DNA of 56,887 nucleotides from a virus (Duplodnaviria; Caudoviricetes). Under the pieces are notes generated by a model, which was given only the letters and a program-made list of their open reading frames with translations, made no database searches and was not told where the DNA came from. The translations under genes and the position numbers were made by a program. The DNA lies in the IMG/VR virus record IMGVR_UViG_3300033153_012363, positions 1 through 56,887 of that record; one strand, written 5' to 3'. Positions 46,470 through 56,887 of this stretch are shown here, piece after piece (position 1 is the first letter of the stretch; each line of letters opens with the position of its first letter).

Positions 46470-47580
46470 TAAAATTATTTTTAACCAACAACTTAGATTT
46501 AAACGTCTTCATGACGATGTACAACAAGCTATTTTAAATCCAAATATAGAATATTTAATGAATGGAGATCTATTACGGGCTCTTCAGAAACTACATCCAG
46601 AAAAAATTAAAAGTGTTGAGCCTATGAGTTGGGTTTCACCAATCCCCTATAAAAACGCTAAAAATATTTTATTTTACAGACCCGGAGGTATTGGGGATTT
46701 ACTCTTTATAATGCCATATCTAAAAGGTATTAAAGAAATAAATCCGGAAGTTAAAATTACTTTTGCATCGATGAACCAGAACCACGCGATATTAAGAATA
46801 TGTCAATATATTGATTGTATACTCGAAGATCCTATGGAATATTCTAAAGTTGTCGGGAAATTTGATAAAATTGTTCTTTTTGATAATTTGATTGAAAACA
46901 ACCCTGAAGGTGAAAGAATTAATGCCTATGATATACCGGCTAGGTTCTTTGAAGATATAAAAAAAGGCCCAATGGAATCTATGATTATCCCTACTAAACC
47001 TGAGCGTATTGGTGGAAGATTTCATGTAATGCTGAGTTATAATAGTTCAAGTCAAATTAGAGACGTAAGTCCGGCACTTTATTTTGAATTCCTTAAAGCA
47101 TTAAACCCAAAAATATTTAGAGTTACCGTAGTTTCTACTGTAAACCAACAACAAAATGTTAGTGAACTAATAAAGAATGTTCGTATTTTTAATAAGGATA
47201 TTGAAATTATCGGATATGCTCACGGTTCACTAGAAGCAGTTCTTAATTTTATTTTAGTTGATGATCCACCACATATTGGAATAGGATCAGATTCAGGTTT
47301 TGTTAATGTTTGGGGTTATCATGGAATTCCTGTTATTGGTTTGTTTGGTCCATTTGATAGTCATTTAAGATTAAAATATTATAAACATGCTATTGGAATT
47401 GATCCAATTACAAATTGTATGTTTAAGAAAAATGAGAATGGAAGTTGTTTTTTACATAAAGTAGGATGTTGTGATTTAGCCGATTATAAAGATGAAATTT
47501 TTTCACCTTGTATTCATTTAATTAAAGTAAATGATATGCTAGAGGCAGTGAAGTTTTTGTTGGAAAAAGTATATAAATAA
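46462..47580 (+). CDS. GT9 (heptosyltransferase-like, GT-B) glycosyltransferase
   Basis: RPGGIGDLL, GSDSG, GIPVIGLFGP, C-terminal Cys cluster. Confidence 0.85.
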   Translation: MHNKIIFNQQLRFKRLHDDVQQAILNPNIEYLMNGDLLRALQKLHPEKIKSVEPMSWVSPIPYKNAKNILFYRPGGIGDLLFIMPYLKGIKEINPEVKITFASMNQNHAILRICQYIDCILEDPMEYSKVVGKFDKIVLFDNLIENNPEGERINAYDIPARFFEDIKKGPMESMIIPTKPERIGGRFHVMLSYNSSSQIRDVSPALYFEFLKALNPKIFRVTVVSTVNQQQNVSELIKNVRIFNKDIEIIGYAHGSLEAVLNFILVDDPPHIGIGSDSGFVNVWGYHGIPVIGLFGPFDSHLRLKYYKHAIGIDPITNCMFKKNENGSCFLHKVGCCDLADYKDEIFSPCIHLIKVNDMLEAVKFLLEKVYK

Positions 47581-47663
47581 TTAAATGAGATGGTGAATAT
47601 CTTCTATAAGAGATAATTATTTGTTATCTGTAAGTAAAAACTACTATAAGCATAATCGATTAA

Positions 47664-47696
47664 GCCTCCTTTGTCTAGCAGAGGAGGCATTTTTTT
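47664..47696 (+). terminator. intrinsic terminator of the replication arm
   Basis: GCCTCCTTTG/CAGAGGAGGC stem plus T-run. Confidence 0.8.
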
Positions 47697-47761
47697 AAAA
47701 TTTTAAGAGGCGTGAGATCCCTCTTAAACCCTCCTCAACACCCTGAGGAGCTGCATAATCG

Positions 47762-47797
47762 CCCCAATCAGTTTTCAGATGCTGGTTGGGGTTTTTT
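47762..47797 (+). terminator. second terminator hairpin
   Basis: CCCCAATCAGT/GCTGGTTGGGG stem plus T6. Confidence 0.7.
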
Positions 47798-50700
47798 AAT
47801 AGGTATCGTGAGATCTTAGAAGAAGTGATTGAGTAAATGTTTTTAAATTAAAAGAATGATCCATAATATAACAATCCATATAGTATCCCCAAGATTTGGG
47901 TAAAAGTTTCTTACTTACAATTCGTACAGTAAACAATTTTTTCTCAGAAGTATTTAATAACTTAACAAGAGGAACCATTGTTGAGTATCCACCTTTATCT
48001 ATCGTTTGAATAAAATCTGTAATATTAAAAGCCAACTTTGGTTTAGATTTTTCATGCAAGTAAGTTCTAGCCATAAATTCATGTAAAGTAGGTTGAATAA
48101 ATCTAATCTCATCTAAGTCTTTTGAAATTTTACCATATCGTTCAATCGAATCAACATCAACTACAGTAATAATAGCTCTAGAATCCTGTTGAAGTTCTAA
48201 TCCTGCACAATCTATTTGAATTTTATCATCCCCTCTAAAATTCATCCAAAAAGACCCAGAACTTCCAGGTGCAAACCCCAAAAATACTTTACTTCCTCCG
48301 ACCTCAATTAAATCATTATATTGTGATGCCCAATACGCTCGCAAAATTTCGTTTTCTTTTACTGAATCTTGATAAATACCTGAAGGCATTAGTGGACTAC
48401 CTTGATAAGACTGAAATTCTATTCTTGGAGAAGAGGAATCATGACCGTTGTCTTCAAGTACTTTCGTAACTATATATTCATGAGGATAATTTCCTAGTCT
48501 AATTATAGTCCCAACACTTACATTTCTAATACTCCTAATATCAACAGCTCTTGTGTCTCCACTAACCCAAGTAATTAACCCTCCTTTATCATTAGGATAT
48601 AATGGAGTAACTCCTTCATTTGACCATTGATTATTTCTTAATTCCTCATTCTCATTAGTAAATGATCTATATATAGTTACTGGAGTATAAGCTTTAAAAC
48701 TTTGTCCTAATGCCGAATTTAGTCTTAGTGTGTTCTTATTATAATCAATATCAGCTATAACTCGTGTAATAGTAGTAGTTTCTCCTGAATCTTCATCAGT
48801 AAAAATTACTGCAATAAGATCTCCTCGTTTAACTTGATTATTTAGATCTTGTCCAAAAAATGAAGGTAAGGTTAATATTAATTCTATTCCACTAACATCT
48901 CTTATAAGTTTACTTTCTAAAACATGATTATAAATTAAATAACTAAAACGTAGTTTTGAAATACTGTCTTCTTGAGTAACACTACCTTTTTGATGCACTT
49001 TTAAAGTAATTCTCTTAGATAAATCATCATCTTGACGAACTCTTAAATCTACATTAAGTTGAGTTCTACCATCATCTTGAACCGTAGTTTCATTTGGAAC
49101 TAATGTTACAGTCCAATCAACGTTTCCAACAGTAGCTATCCAAGGAGTCGACCTAATAATATTTTCAACTTTGTCATCCCTTATCTTTTTAGTAGAAATT
49201 ACTCCATCAAGATCTAAATCTAAAAGAATATCTGGTGTTGCAGATAAAGACTTTGGAATAAAAAAGAATCTATCATCATCAAATCCAGTTAAATAATTGA
49301 ATCCATTAGCTAATTGAGTAATAGCTTCCCAAACTTTTAATCCACTTAAATCTGCTAATTCTATAATGCCCCCTAAATAAGTATCATATTTCCATAAATG
49401 ATTTTTAGCTCCTACTCTATTAATTGGATTTCTGTAATATCCACTAGAAACTCCATAAACAATTTCAAAACCGCCAAGAGTCATAAGTTCCAAATTTGAC
49501 AGTTGATTAGATTCTCCATATACTGCTTCACTAATATAACCCAAAGTTGAAATTGGGTCAAGATAAGGATGTGTATATCCACCGTAACCTTGAGTTGGAT
49601 AAAATGATTCATCATATCCAAATCTACGTAATCTAACATTGGTTAATTCTTCTGTTCTACTCATAGGTTCAACAGCATAAAATGAATTCTGAAAATCAAA
49701 ACCTTCTGGGGTGCCACCGTCAGGTTTTTCAGAAGATTCAGTAATATGAAGCATTGGATACGGCATCAACCTACCACCATGTCCAGGTCCTGGAGGGTCA
49801 AAAGCATTATTCTCCAAAGAAGAAGATAGACCTGTCATACCATGATGTGCAACACCATAACAGTTTCCAATTGTTGGTCTTTCATCAAATTCAGACGAAT
49901 TTAACACTTTATCTTTTTCATAATAGGTAATATAAAGCTTTTTATTTTCTGCATGGTTTGATAAGACATTTAAATCCATAATGACGTAATCTGGGTTTCC
50001 AGAACCATAATCACCAGACTTATCTAATAAATCAGTAATACTAGTTTGTATCTCATTTCCAACTAAACCTCCTAATATTACTCTTTGTAGGTAAGCTTTA
50101 GTCTGAAACTTGTTCTCATTTTCAGATTGATTAGGCACAACTTTATGCTTGTTTGGGAATGTATGAGAAGCAACAAATAAATTTGTTCCTTGACAAGTAA
50201 CACCAGTAATCTGTTTTTGATAAGAATTTCCATCTTCTCTTGTATCAACAAAATCTGTTTCGTCCATACCTTCTATAGTATGTAAAACATTTGTATCTAA
50301 GTCTAAAATAAAACATTTTAATTTTAAATCATACCGATAAGTAACAGATGTACCACCAACATCATTGTGAGCAGACATCGTTTTAAATATCGTTTTAGTT
50401 AGTGATCCAGTATAGATATCTTTTACTTGGCCTTGAAAAAAGATCCCTCCTTTAGTTCCATAGTCTTTAATATAATGAACAGACCCAGTTTGACCAGATG
50501 AATATTTTAGCCAAGGAATTGGAGCATATTGCCAATTATAACTATCAGTTATCATACCTTCAAAATACCAAGAAAAAAAGCCAGGATCAAATCTATGCTC
50601 TGTATTATTTTCCCAAGGTAAATGTTCCCACCTTTCTGATTCTTTAAAATATTTTGTACTAGCTAATTTACAATTAAAAATTTCATGGTCTTCCCAAGAC

Positions 50701-52871
50701 ATATTTCCTTGAATTGCAGATGGAAAAGGGTGTTCTGGAGGAGGGGCTGGAAAATAACGCTGATCAACTTTAGTCATACTAATAAAAGTAGTATCTTCTT
50801 GAGTTGAGTCATTGGCAGCTAATGTATGCATTAACATAGCAGGTTGTTCATCATTAATATGATGATGGCTTTTTAGTATTAATCTTGGTCTACAAGAAAA
50901 ACAGTAATATGCCCAACCAATTCCATCAGCATAATAACTATAAACCCAGCCCTTGGGGTTTACCCACCCGTTAATTTCGCCACCTACTACATAATCCTCT
51001 GGTCCAGGAATAAAACTAAAATTTCGATAAAAATTTCCGTAAACTAAAGAACCGGCATTAGCACTCCAAGAAGTTCCAGTAAAAGCATTAACTAATGCCC
51101 ACTGATTGAATATTACTTCATTTGTCATATTAAAACCAAAACCCACAGTTTGAGTATAAGGAATGATTAAATTTTCAGTATAACCACATCTATAAGAATT
51201 ACCTGACTGATAAATTGCAGGTCTAGTTCTGTCTCCTCCTGATTGATCAGGATTAGGTGTTGAGTGTTTCATTCGGCCATATCCTACATGTAAAGCTTTT
51301 TTAGGCCAAACATTATTCCATTCAGGATATTGCCCTCCTAAATCATGATTTGCTGAGTTATCATAATAATCATCTTCAGTTTGACGTCTTCCTTCAAGAT
51401 AGGGCTCAACTATATGATACTCTCCTGAAAAAAGAGTTGGGAGTTTATTGGTAGAACTATTTGAAGTTGTTGCACTATCATATAAGTTTTCTATCCCATC
51501 ATTATTAGCACGAAAGATAATAAAATCATTACTAGTGATGCAAGAATATCTTAATCTTCGAAATGTGGTTCCATCATCTTCAAACTCTCCTGCATCATGA
51601 ATAAGTTCTTCTGTAGGCCAAGCCATCCCATAAATATACTTATCAGCTAAAGCATCTTCTTCATTGTACCAAAGTTTCTTTATATTATATACTACACTAC
51701 CATAATCTGTAGCAGTGCTTTTTATATCCCCAATTAAATAATAGGTTTGAATTAATTCATTATATTCATATAAAAACTGACCAATTCCTAAATAAAGTCT
51801 TTCTCCATTAATACCTAAATCAGCTTTTCTTAAAGAATAAGTCTTTCCAATCGAATTTAAATTATTAGTTAATTTTGTAAAAGTTGGAGGTCTTCCTAAA
51901 CTAGAGATAACGGGTTCCCCACTAGGATTCTCAGGACGTATTCCATTAATAATAAAGTCTCTTGGAATTTCTCCATTCCTCGGATCAGGATAATTTTTCT
52001 TAACAAGTTCTTCAACTAAGAAGTGTAAAGGAATATTTCTATACCATTGATATCCAGATTTAATATCTGAAGCACTTGTTTCAATCATTGGTTTAGTAAG
52101 ATCTTCTAATTTCAAAGTAACACTATCATCTTCATTATGATCCGTTTTATCAATTAAAAATGTTCCCACATCAATAATTTGTGTGGAATTGTCAGATCTT
52201 AGAACTTCTACTTTAATTGAACATTTTCTACGCTTTAAAGAAGAATGTGTTTTATTCCAAGTTTTACTAAAATTAGCAGTAGCTCCCGATACCGTTTTTA
52301 GATCATTAGGAAATGGTTGATTCCAAAAATTATCTTCTTCAACATAGCCTGTATCACCTCTTAATAAAAGAGCCGACTCATTATCACCATAAATAGGTTC
52401 AGGTGGGTGCGTTGCACCATCCCAAGGTTGAGAAGGGATACTTTCATGTAAGTCTCTAGAAATAAAAGTCGTATCGGCTGGTGAAACATTTTCAATAATT
52501 GATATTCTAAGTGGGTCCCAAGTTAAACTTTCAGTGGCTATTGATGAATCAAAAACATTAATACTAATATAATCAAAAAGAACTTCTTGAGTTTGAACAA
52601 GCTCATCAACATAAATCTTTAAATCAGTCCCACCAACTTCCATTGTAATAACTTCAGTTGGTTCAACAATATCTCCTGAAAGAGTATAGCCTTGATAGTT
52701 TACTTCAGTAGTATAGGCATTATCAAAAATAAAACATTGTAAAGAATCAATTGAGGCTGTAATGTCTTCTGTAGTATAAGCTGTATCAGATACATTAATC
52801 TCAAGAGTTTGAGGTATTAACTCAATTGATATATCTTCAGATGTATAACCTTGTGAAAATACATTAGGCAT
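47796..52871 (-). CDS. large tail/baseplate structural protein
   Basis: 1691 aa; hub-like GTFLIDKT..VTLKLED and DSIERYG segments; follows the tail-fibre gene. Confidence 0.7.
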   Translation of the reverse strand: MPNVFSQGYTSEDISIELIPQTLEINVSDTAYTTEDITASIDSLQCFIFDNAYTTEVNYQGYTLSGDIVEPTEVITMEVGGTDLKIYVDELVQTQEVLFDYISINVFDSSIATESLTWDPLRISIIENVSPADTTFISRDLHESIPSQPWDGATHPPEPIYGDNESALLLRGDTGYVEEDNFWNQPFPNDLKTVSGATANFSKTWNKTHSSLKRRKCSIKVEVLRSDNSTQIIDVGTFLIDKTDHNEDDSVTLKLEDLTKPMIETSASDIKSGYQWYRNIPLHFLVEELVKKNYPDPRNGEIPRDFIINGIRPENPSGEPVISSLGRPPTFTKLTNNLNSIGKTYSLRKADLGINGERLYLGIGQFLYEYNELIQTYYLIGDIKSTATDYGSVVYNIKKLWYNEEDALADKYIYGMAWPTEELIHDAGEFEDDGTTFRRLRYSCITSNDFIIFRANNDGIENLYDSATTSNSSTNKLPTLFSGEYHIVEPYLEGRRQTEDDYYDNSANHDLGGQYPEWNNVWPKKALHVGYGRMKHSTPNPDQSGGDRTRPAIYQSGNSYRCGYTENLIIPYTQTVGFGFNMTNEVIFNQWALVNAFTGTSWSANAGSLVYGNFYRNFSFIPGPEDYVVGGEINGWVNPKGWVYSYYADGIGWAYYCFSCRPRLILKSHHHINDEQPAMLMHTLAANDSTQEDTTFISMTKVDQRYFPAPPPEHPFPSAIQGNMSWEDHEIFNCKLASTKYFKESERWEHLPWENNTEHRFDPGFFSWYFEGMITDSYNWQYAPIPWLKYSSGQTGSVHYIKDYGTKGGIFFQGQVKDIYTGSLTKTIFKTMSAHNDVGGTSVTYRYDLKLKCFILDLDTNVLHTIEGMDETDFVDTREDGNSYQKQITGVTCQGTNLFVASHTFPNKHKVVPNQSENENKFQTKAYLQRVILGGLVGNEIQTSITDLLDKSGDYGSGNPDYVIMDLNVLSNHAENKKLYITYYEKDKVLNSSEFDERPTIGNCYGVAHHGMTGLSSSLENNAFDPPGPGHGGRLMPYPMLHITESSEKPDGGTPEGFDFQNSFYAVEPMSRTEELTNVRLRRFGYDESFYPTQGYGGYTHPYLDPISTLGYISEAVYGESNQLSNLELMTLGGFEIVYGVSSGYYRNPINRVGAKNHLWKYDTYLGGIIELADLSGLKVWEAITQLANGFNYLTGFDDDRFFFIPKSLSATPDILLDLDLDGVISTKKIRDDKVENIIRSTPWIATVGNVDWTVTLVPNETTVQDDGRTQLNVDLRVRQDDDLSKRITLKVHQKGSVTQEDSISKLRFSYLIYNHVLESKLIRDVSGIELILTLPSFFGQDLNNQVKRGDLIAVIFTDEDSGETTTITRVIADIDYNKNTLRLNSALGQSFKAYTPVTIYRSFTNENEELRNNQWSNEGVTPLYPNDKGGLITWVSGDTRAVDIRSIRNVSVGTIIRLGNYPHEYIVTKVLEDNGHDSSSPRIEFQSYQGSPLMPSGIYQDSVKENEILRAYWASQYNDLIEVGGSKVFLGFAPGSSGSFWMNFRGDDKIQIDCAGLELQQDSRAIITVVDVDSIERYGKISKDLDEIRFIQPTLHEFMARTYLHEKSKPKLAFNITDFIQTIDKGGYSTMVPLVKLLNTSEKKLFTVRIVSKKLLPKSWGYYMDCYIMDHSFNLKTFTQSLLLRSHDTY

Positions 52872-54604
52872 TAGATTGTACCTCTAACTTCAACATTTGA
52901 ATTTTCTGCACTTTCAACATTAGTTATAGTAACATTCCCATCTTCAGTTTTTGAATAAAGAGTTCCCATAAGAAGAGCTGTAATAGCAGCACCAGCAGCA
53001 AATGCATACTCATTTCCTGAACCTGTTTCAGTTACCTCAATTGTGCAATTATCAATGATAACGTCTTGATTAGTATCAGTCCAATAAATTCCATTTGCCC
53101 AATTGGCTCCTCCTCCTTTATTTCTTACTGCAAATTGACTGTTAAAGATAGTTCCTATTGTAGTACCTGATAAAAATACTCCTTCAATATCCCCATCTTC
53201 ATCTGCAGTTAAATAATTACCACCATAAGCTTGAACTAAACAATTTTGAATTACAAAATTAGCTTCATTGATATAAAACCCAATTCCAGTATCAACAGCA
53301 GTTACAGCATGACCTGCGGGTTGAACTTTAATCAATAGATCTTCCATTCTAATCCAATTACTTCCTGGGCTATCCAACCAAATTCCGTAAGTGGTTACTC
53401 CTAAAACAAATGATGGTTCTACTTTCAATGTAAAATTCTTAAATAAAACATCTTTTGAAGTTGCAGAAAGTTTTATTCCATAAGGTGTTCCAGCTGGTGG
53501 ATCTATTTCTATAATACATCTTAATTTGTCAATTCCAATAATATTAACAGATTCCGCCATTGTTATTTGAGTCGTATATGTACCAGGATATAATAAAATA
53601 GTTCCTTGGTCACTACCAACATCTGCATAAGCATCGGCAATATTATCAAAATATGGACTTACATTGTCAGAATATTCTGGGGAAACATATACAACTTTAC
53701 TTGCAAATCTTAGCATTGAATTTGCTAATGAAGTATCTAATTTCTCTATTGGAATTGAAGCATCCACAAGTTTATCTGCCGTAACATTTTGATCTGCAAT
53801 CTTTGCAGCTGTTACTCCAGCATCTTCAAGTTCTTCAGTCCCAACTGCTCCTGCATATATCTTAGATTGAATTACTGAATCGGTAGCTAATTCTGTTTGA
53901 CCAACTGCATCAGTCTTTATATGATTTGAATCAACTGAAGCATCAGCAAGTTCAACCTCAGTTATTGCTCCTGTTCCAACTTTAATGGTAGTTACTGCCC
54001 TATCAGCGATTTTTGCAGCTGTTACTGCATCAGTTGCTAATTGATTAGTATCGATTCCCCCATCTATAACATATAAATCACCATTTGTTGTAGAGATTGT
54101 AATGCCATCAAATTTTGGACCCCACCCACTGTTGTCTTCCATTATAGTATTAAATATACTTGTTCCAAGTTTAGATTTTAATACAGACTCACTAGCAAGA
54201 CCTGTTCCATCTACTGCCCCCGCTGCAATTTTTGCAGCTGTTACTGCATTGTTTACTATTTTATCGGTGGTTACTGCATCATTTATAATTTTATCAGTAG
54301 TTACTGCATCATCAGCTAAATAATAATCAGTAATTGATGTTTGTCCGATTATTGCTTGAACCGTTCCTCCTGGTCCTGCAATAAATAACGGATTTAAATC
54401 ATTTTGAACATTTCCATCGTATTTAATTGTATATTCCCCATCAATACAATCACTAAAAACTCTAGAACCATTATCATTACCGCTTCCAATAATAGTACCT
54501 GGATAAACTGAATAAGGAGCAAAATCCTGTGTAGCTGTTACAGTAATAGAATCTAAAATTGGTGTATTATCATTACCTTGAAATATAATTATTGTCTTTC
54601 CCAT
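52871..54604 (-). CDS. tail fibre/spike with AVTxxKI repeats and pectin-lyase-like beta-helix
   Basis: 10-aa repeats DAVTTDKI/NAVTAAKIA; YFDNIADAY..TILLYPGTY beta-helix cap. Confidence 0.8.
   Translation of the reverse strand: MGKTIIIFQGNDNTPILDSITVTATQDFAPYSVYPGTIIGSGNDNGSRVFSDCIDGEYTIKYDGNVQNDLNPLFIAGPGGTVQAIIGQTSITDYYLADDAVTTDKIINDAVTTDKIVNNAVTAAKIAAGAVDGTGLASESVLKSKLGTSIFNTIMEDNSGWGPKFDGITISTTNGDLYVIDGGIDTNQLATDAVTAAKIADRAVTTIKVGTGAITEVELADASVDSNHIKTDAVGQTELATDSVIQSKIYAGAVGTEELEDAGVTAAKIADQNVTADKLVDASIPIEKLDTSLANSMLRFASKVVYVSPEYSDNVSPYFDNIADAYADVGSDQGTILLYPGTYTTQITMAESVNIIGIDKLRCIIEIDPPAGTPYGIKLSATSKDVLFKNFTLKVEPSFVLGVTTYGIWLDSPGSNWIRMEDLLIKVQPAGHAVTAVDTGIGFYINEANFVIQNCLVQAYGGNYLTADEDGDIEGVFLSGTTIGTIFNSQFAVRNKGGGANWANGIYWTDTNQDVIIDNCTIEVTETGSGNEYAFAAGAAITALLMGTLYSKTEDGNVTITNVESAENSNVEVRGTI
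53735..54320 (-). repeat. degenerate 30 bp coding repeats of the tail-fibre shaft
   Basis: recurrent (D/N)AVT..K(I/L)A units; boundaries approximate. Confidence 0.75.
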
Positions 54605-54607
54605 AAC

Positions 54608-55606
54608 TTAACTCCTTAACTTAACTGTATTAGTTTTTACGTATAATTGACCTTTTAGATTTTCTATTGCTTTAGAAATATTTCCCACATCTAATAATAA
54701 ATTCTTTCCTTTAGTTTCAAAATAATCGGATAAATCAACCATTTCGGGCTTTCTTGGTAATGGATATCCATATTTCCAATAAGCTTCAATTGTAGTATCA
54801 CTTAAAAACCATTGATTAGCATATAGAGTCATATAACTTATTTCTCCTTTATATCTATAGCCTATTATAAAACTTAAATCATTACTAATATCGGGTATAG
54901 CATTATGTACTTCATCATATAAAGTAACTCCATTTATTATAACAGCTAAACGAGATTCTCCAGCAACAACAGTTAAATGATATTTTTTACCCCAAACTAA
55001 AGGCATAACTGATGTCCCATAAACTATTCTATCAATAATGTTTTCTGTAGGAAGTGTACTAATATAAACTCTAATACCAAAATTAGTAGGATTTTCTAAA
55101 TCAGAATGAATACCCGCATAAAACTTTACTGAACCAGATTTGTGAGCACTTATTATTGTTCCATCTTGATATGATTGTAATTCTTCAGGAGTAAACCAAC
55201 AACTAAAAACAGTATTTTTCCAATTTAAATCTGAAACAGAAATAGAAATATCCCCAGAAAGATCACCTATATAAGATTTATTCGTTTCTAAAAATTCTAA
55301 TCCATCATCAGTTTCTCTTGCAGTATAAATATGAAGATCTGCTCTTTTCGGGCCATCATCTATCACTGATTGAGCAGAGATTTTTACTAAATCCCAAATG
55401 AAACTTGGTTTGGCAATAGTTACCCCATCCCAAGTCCCACCATCATCTTCAATTAAAAACTTCAATCGAACTGCATTGATAGTATTTCCTACTCCTTCAA
55501 ATAGCTCACCAGACATACTATCATGTGTTAAACGATCTCTACGTGGATCATACTGTAATGCACCTTCAATAATTCCTTTAAACTGTGACATACTTACAAT
55601 TGACAT
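54608..55606 (-). CDS. LamG/ConA-like domain tail protein (start revised to ATG 55606)
   Basis: VFSCWFTP, KYHLTVV, IINGV, YKGEISYMTLY; TAATG coupling and GGAGG SD. Confidence 0.7.
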   Translation of the reverse strand: MSIVSMSQFKGIIEGALQYDPRRDRLTHDSMSGELFEGVGNTINAVRLKFLIEDDGGTWDGVTIAKPSFIWDLVKISAQSVIDDGPKRADLHIYTARETDDGLEFLETNKSYIGDLSGDISISVSDLNWKNTVFSCWFTPEELQSYQDGTIISAHKSGSVKFYAGIHSDLENPTNFGIRVYISTLPTENIIDRIVYGTSVMPLVWGKKYHLTVVAGESRLAVIINGVTLYDEVHNAIPDISNDLSFIIGYRYKGEISYMTLYANQWFLSDTTIEAYWKYGYPLPRKPEMVDLSDYFETKGKNLLLDVGNISKAIENLKGQLYVKTNTVKLRS

Positions 55607-56886
55607 TATTCCTCCGTAAACTCTACTGTGAAACTTCTTAAATTTAAATCCCAATTATCCTTAACATAATCTTTAACTTTTAATGTTCCAGTTAATGTGA
55701 GAGGAAGGTCATTAATATAGGGATGTAAATTTAATAAAAAGCCTTTTTCTTGCCATTCAACAATTAATTCGAACTGATCCCAAAATGTCTGAGAAACATA
55801 ATTTAATTTAAAACTTACTACATATCTTTCTTTTTTACCATATAAAGATGTTGTTCCTGTTCTAGCAACTTTTACTATTTTTAATGAGTCATGTTCAGGC
55901 CAAACTTGATATCTACCAAAATCTAAACAACCATCAATATGAGCATAATTTATACCACCAGCATGTTCAACAAATACATCATCAATATACATAATCAAAG
56001 ACCCCTTATATGGAGAAGGTATACCATCATTTTGAAACCAAAAGTCTATAGAAGGAGGAGAGTTTTTACTTAACCCAGAATCTAAAAGCTCTACTTTTGA
56101 AAATGTTTGCCAAGTATTCGGAGTTGTACTCGGAATAGCATTAGCTACAATACTTTCCCATTGACCACCATAATTTCTATTATCATTATTAGCTTTTAAT
56201 ATTAAATAAATATTGTAAGTATCTTTTAGACTTTGAGAAGTAAAAGAAGTATCCCAATAAATTCTACCACCGATTCTATAATATTGATACGGTATGACTA
56301 AAGAACGTTCTCTTATATCTTCTGTACCAGATCTTATTAAATTTTGTCGGAAGAAAGTTCCTGAAGGAGTAGCATCGTTCATACCAATAGCAATTCTTTG
56401 TGCATATTGTTTTCTCCAACCTCCTTTGTGATAATCTCCATATAAAAATGTATGAGTTCCTCCAGATGTTCCAGGAGTTATTGCAATTTTTGCATATTGT
56501 TTTCCTCCCTCAGTCTCAACAGGAACTATTATATATTCTAATGTATCACCATATACTTCATCAATATCAAGTAGAAAACTGTAATCTTGTATTTCATCAC
56601 CTAATCCATACCACAATAATGGACGTCCACCATTATTAAGATAAGTATATTCCCCTTGCCCTGGGGGAAGAACCTCCCCTGAAATAGCAGTATGCCACCA
56701 TCTACGAGCAATTGCTCCACGTTGAATTCCTTGCGTTTGAAAATATGCTTTTGATAAAAGACTATTTTGAGGTATTTCCCAACCTCCCGCAATACCTGTA
56801 CCATAGAATGAAACTCTATCCCCCACTTCGTACGCAAATTCATTATTTTTGTTTAAAAGATATATTTTAGTTGGGTCTCCAGCTCC
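55606..56886 (-). CDS. tail-associated structural protein, 5' end outside window
   Basis: frame is open up to the window edge; carbohydrate-binding-like NTWQTF..YIDDVFV segment. Confidence 0.65.
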   Translation of the reverse strand, partial: GAGDPTKIYLLNKNNEFAYEVGDRVSFYGTGIAGGWEIPQNSLLSKAYFQTQGIQRGAIARRWWHTAISGEVLPPGQGEYTYLNNGGRPLLWYGLGDEIQDYSFLLDIDEVYGDTLEYIIVPVETEGGKQYAKIAITPGTSGGTHTFLYGDYHKGGWRKQYAQRIAIGMNDATPSGTFFRQNLIRSGTEDIRERSLVIPYQYYRIGGRIYWDTSFTSQSLKDTYNIYLILKANNDNRNYGGQWESIVANAIPSTTPNTWQTFSKVELLDSGLSKNSPPSIDFWFQNDGIPSPYKGSLIMYIDDVFVEHAGGINYAHIDGCLDFGRYQVWPEHDSLKIVKVARTGTTSLYGKKERYVVSFKLNYVSQTFWDQFELIVEWQEKGFLLNLHPYINDLPLTLTGTLKVKDYVKDNWDLNLRSFTVEFTEE

Positions 56887-56887
56887 A

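Noticed and set aside
21414-56843. Short antisense or out-of-frame ORFs within replication and tail genes
   Set aside because: Fully nested in or opposite to motif-supported genes, with no recognisable motifs.
1-56887. Stop-codon reassignment
   Set aside because: Long conserved genes are intact under code 11, and TAA, TGA and TAG all end genes at coupled junctions.

Overview
AT-rich segment of a large tailed dsDNA phage genome with no host housekeeping genes, tRNA, rRNA or CRISPR array. It has three blocks. (1) A minus-strand arm (1 to ~17.7 kb) of tightly packed small genes, including a SEC-C protein, PC4/YdbC-like ssDNA binder, DUF2786, a Pol-beta-type nucleotidyltransferase, a dCMP-type thymidylate-synthase (TS) homologue, ATP-dependent ligase, SLOG protein and Hc1-like histone. 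(2) A plus-strand replication/recombination arm (17.8-47.6 kb): initiator, degenerate loader, DnaB, sigma-like factor, SF2 helicase, 5'-3' exonuclease, DnaG, PolA, SSB, RecA, RuvC-like, SbcCD and a GT9 glycosyltransferase. (3) Convergent minus-strand tail genes (47.8 kb to the end). The most notable element is a nucleotide/DNA-modification cluster at ~24.4-33.5 kb. It holds a class I methyltransferase, a dimeric dUTPase/dCTPase, a second Asp-type TS homologue, a dNMP kinase, dCMP deaminase and two paralogous C5-cytosine methyltransferase-fold enzymes bracketing a SpeD-like decarboxylase and a DUF3326 protein. Both C5 enzymes have GK instead of GN in motif X and A/G instead of Q after the catalytic Cys. 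These are the positions altered in engineered carboxymethyl/alkyl-transferase variants, suggesting an undescribed cytosine hypermodification pathway. All calls come from motif reading by eye; no database searches were run.
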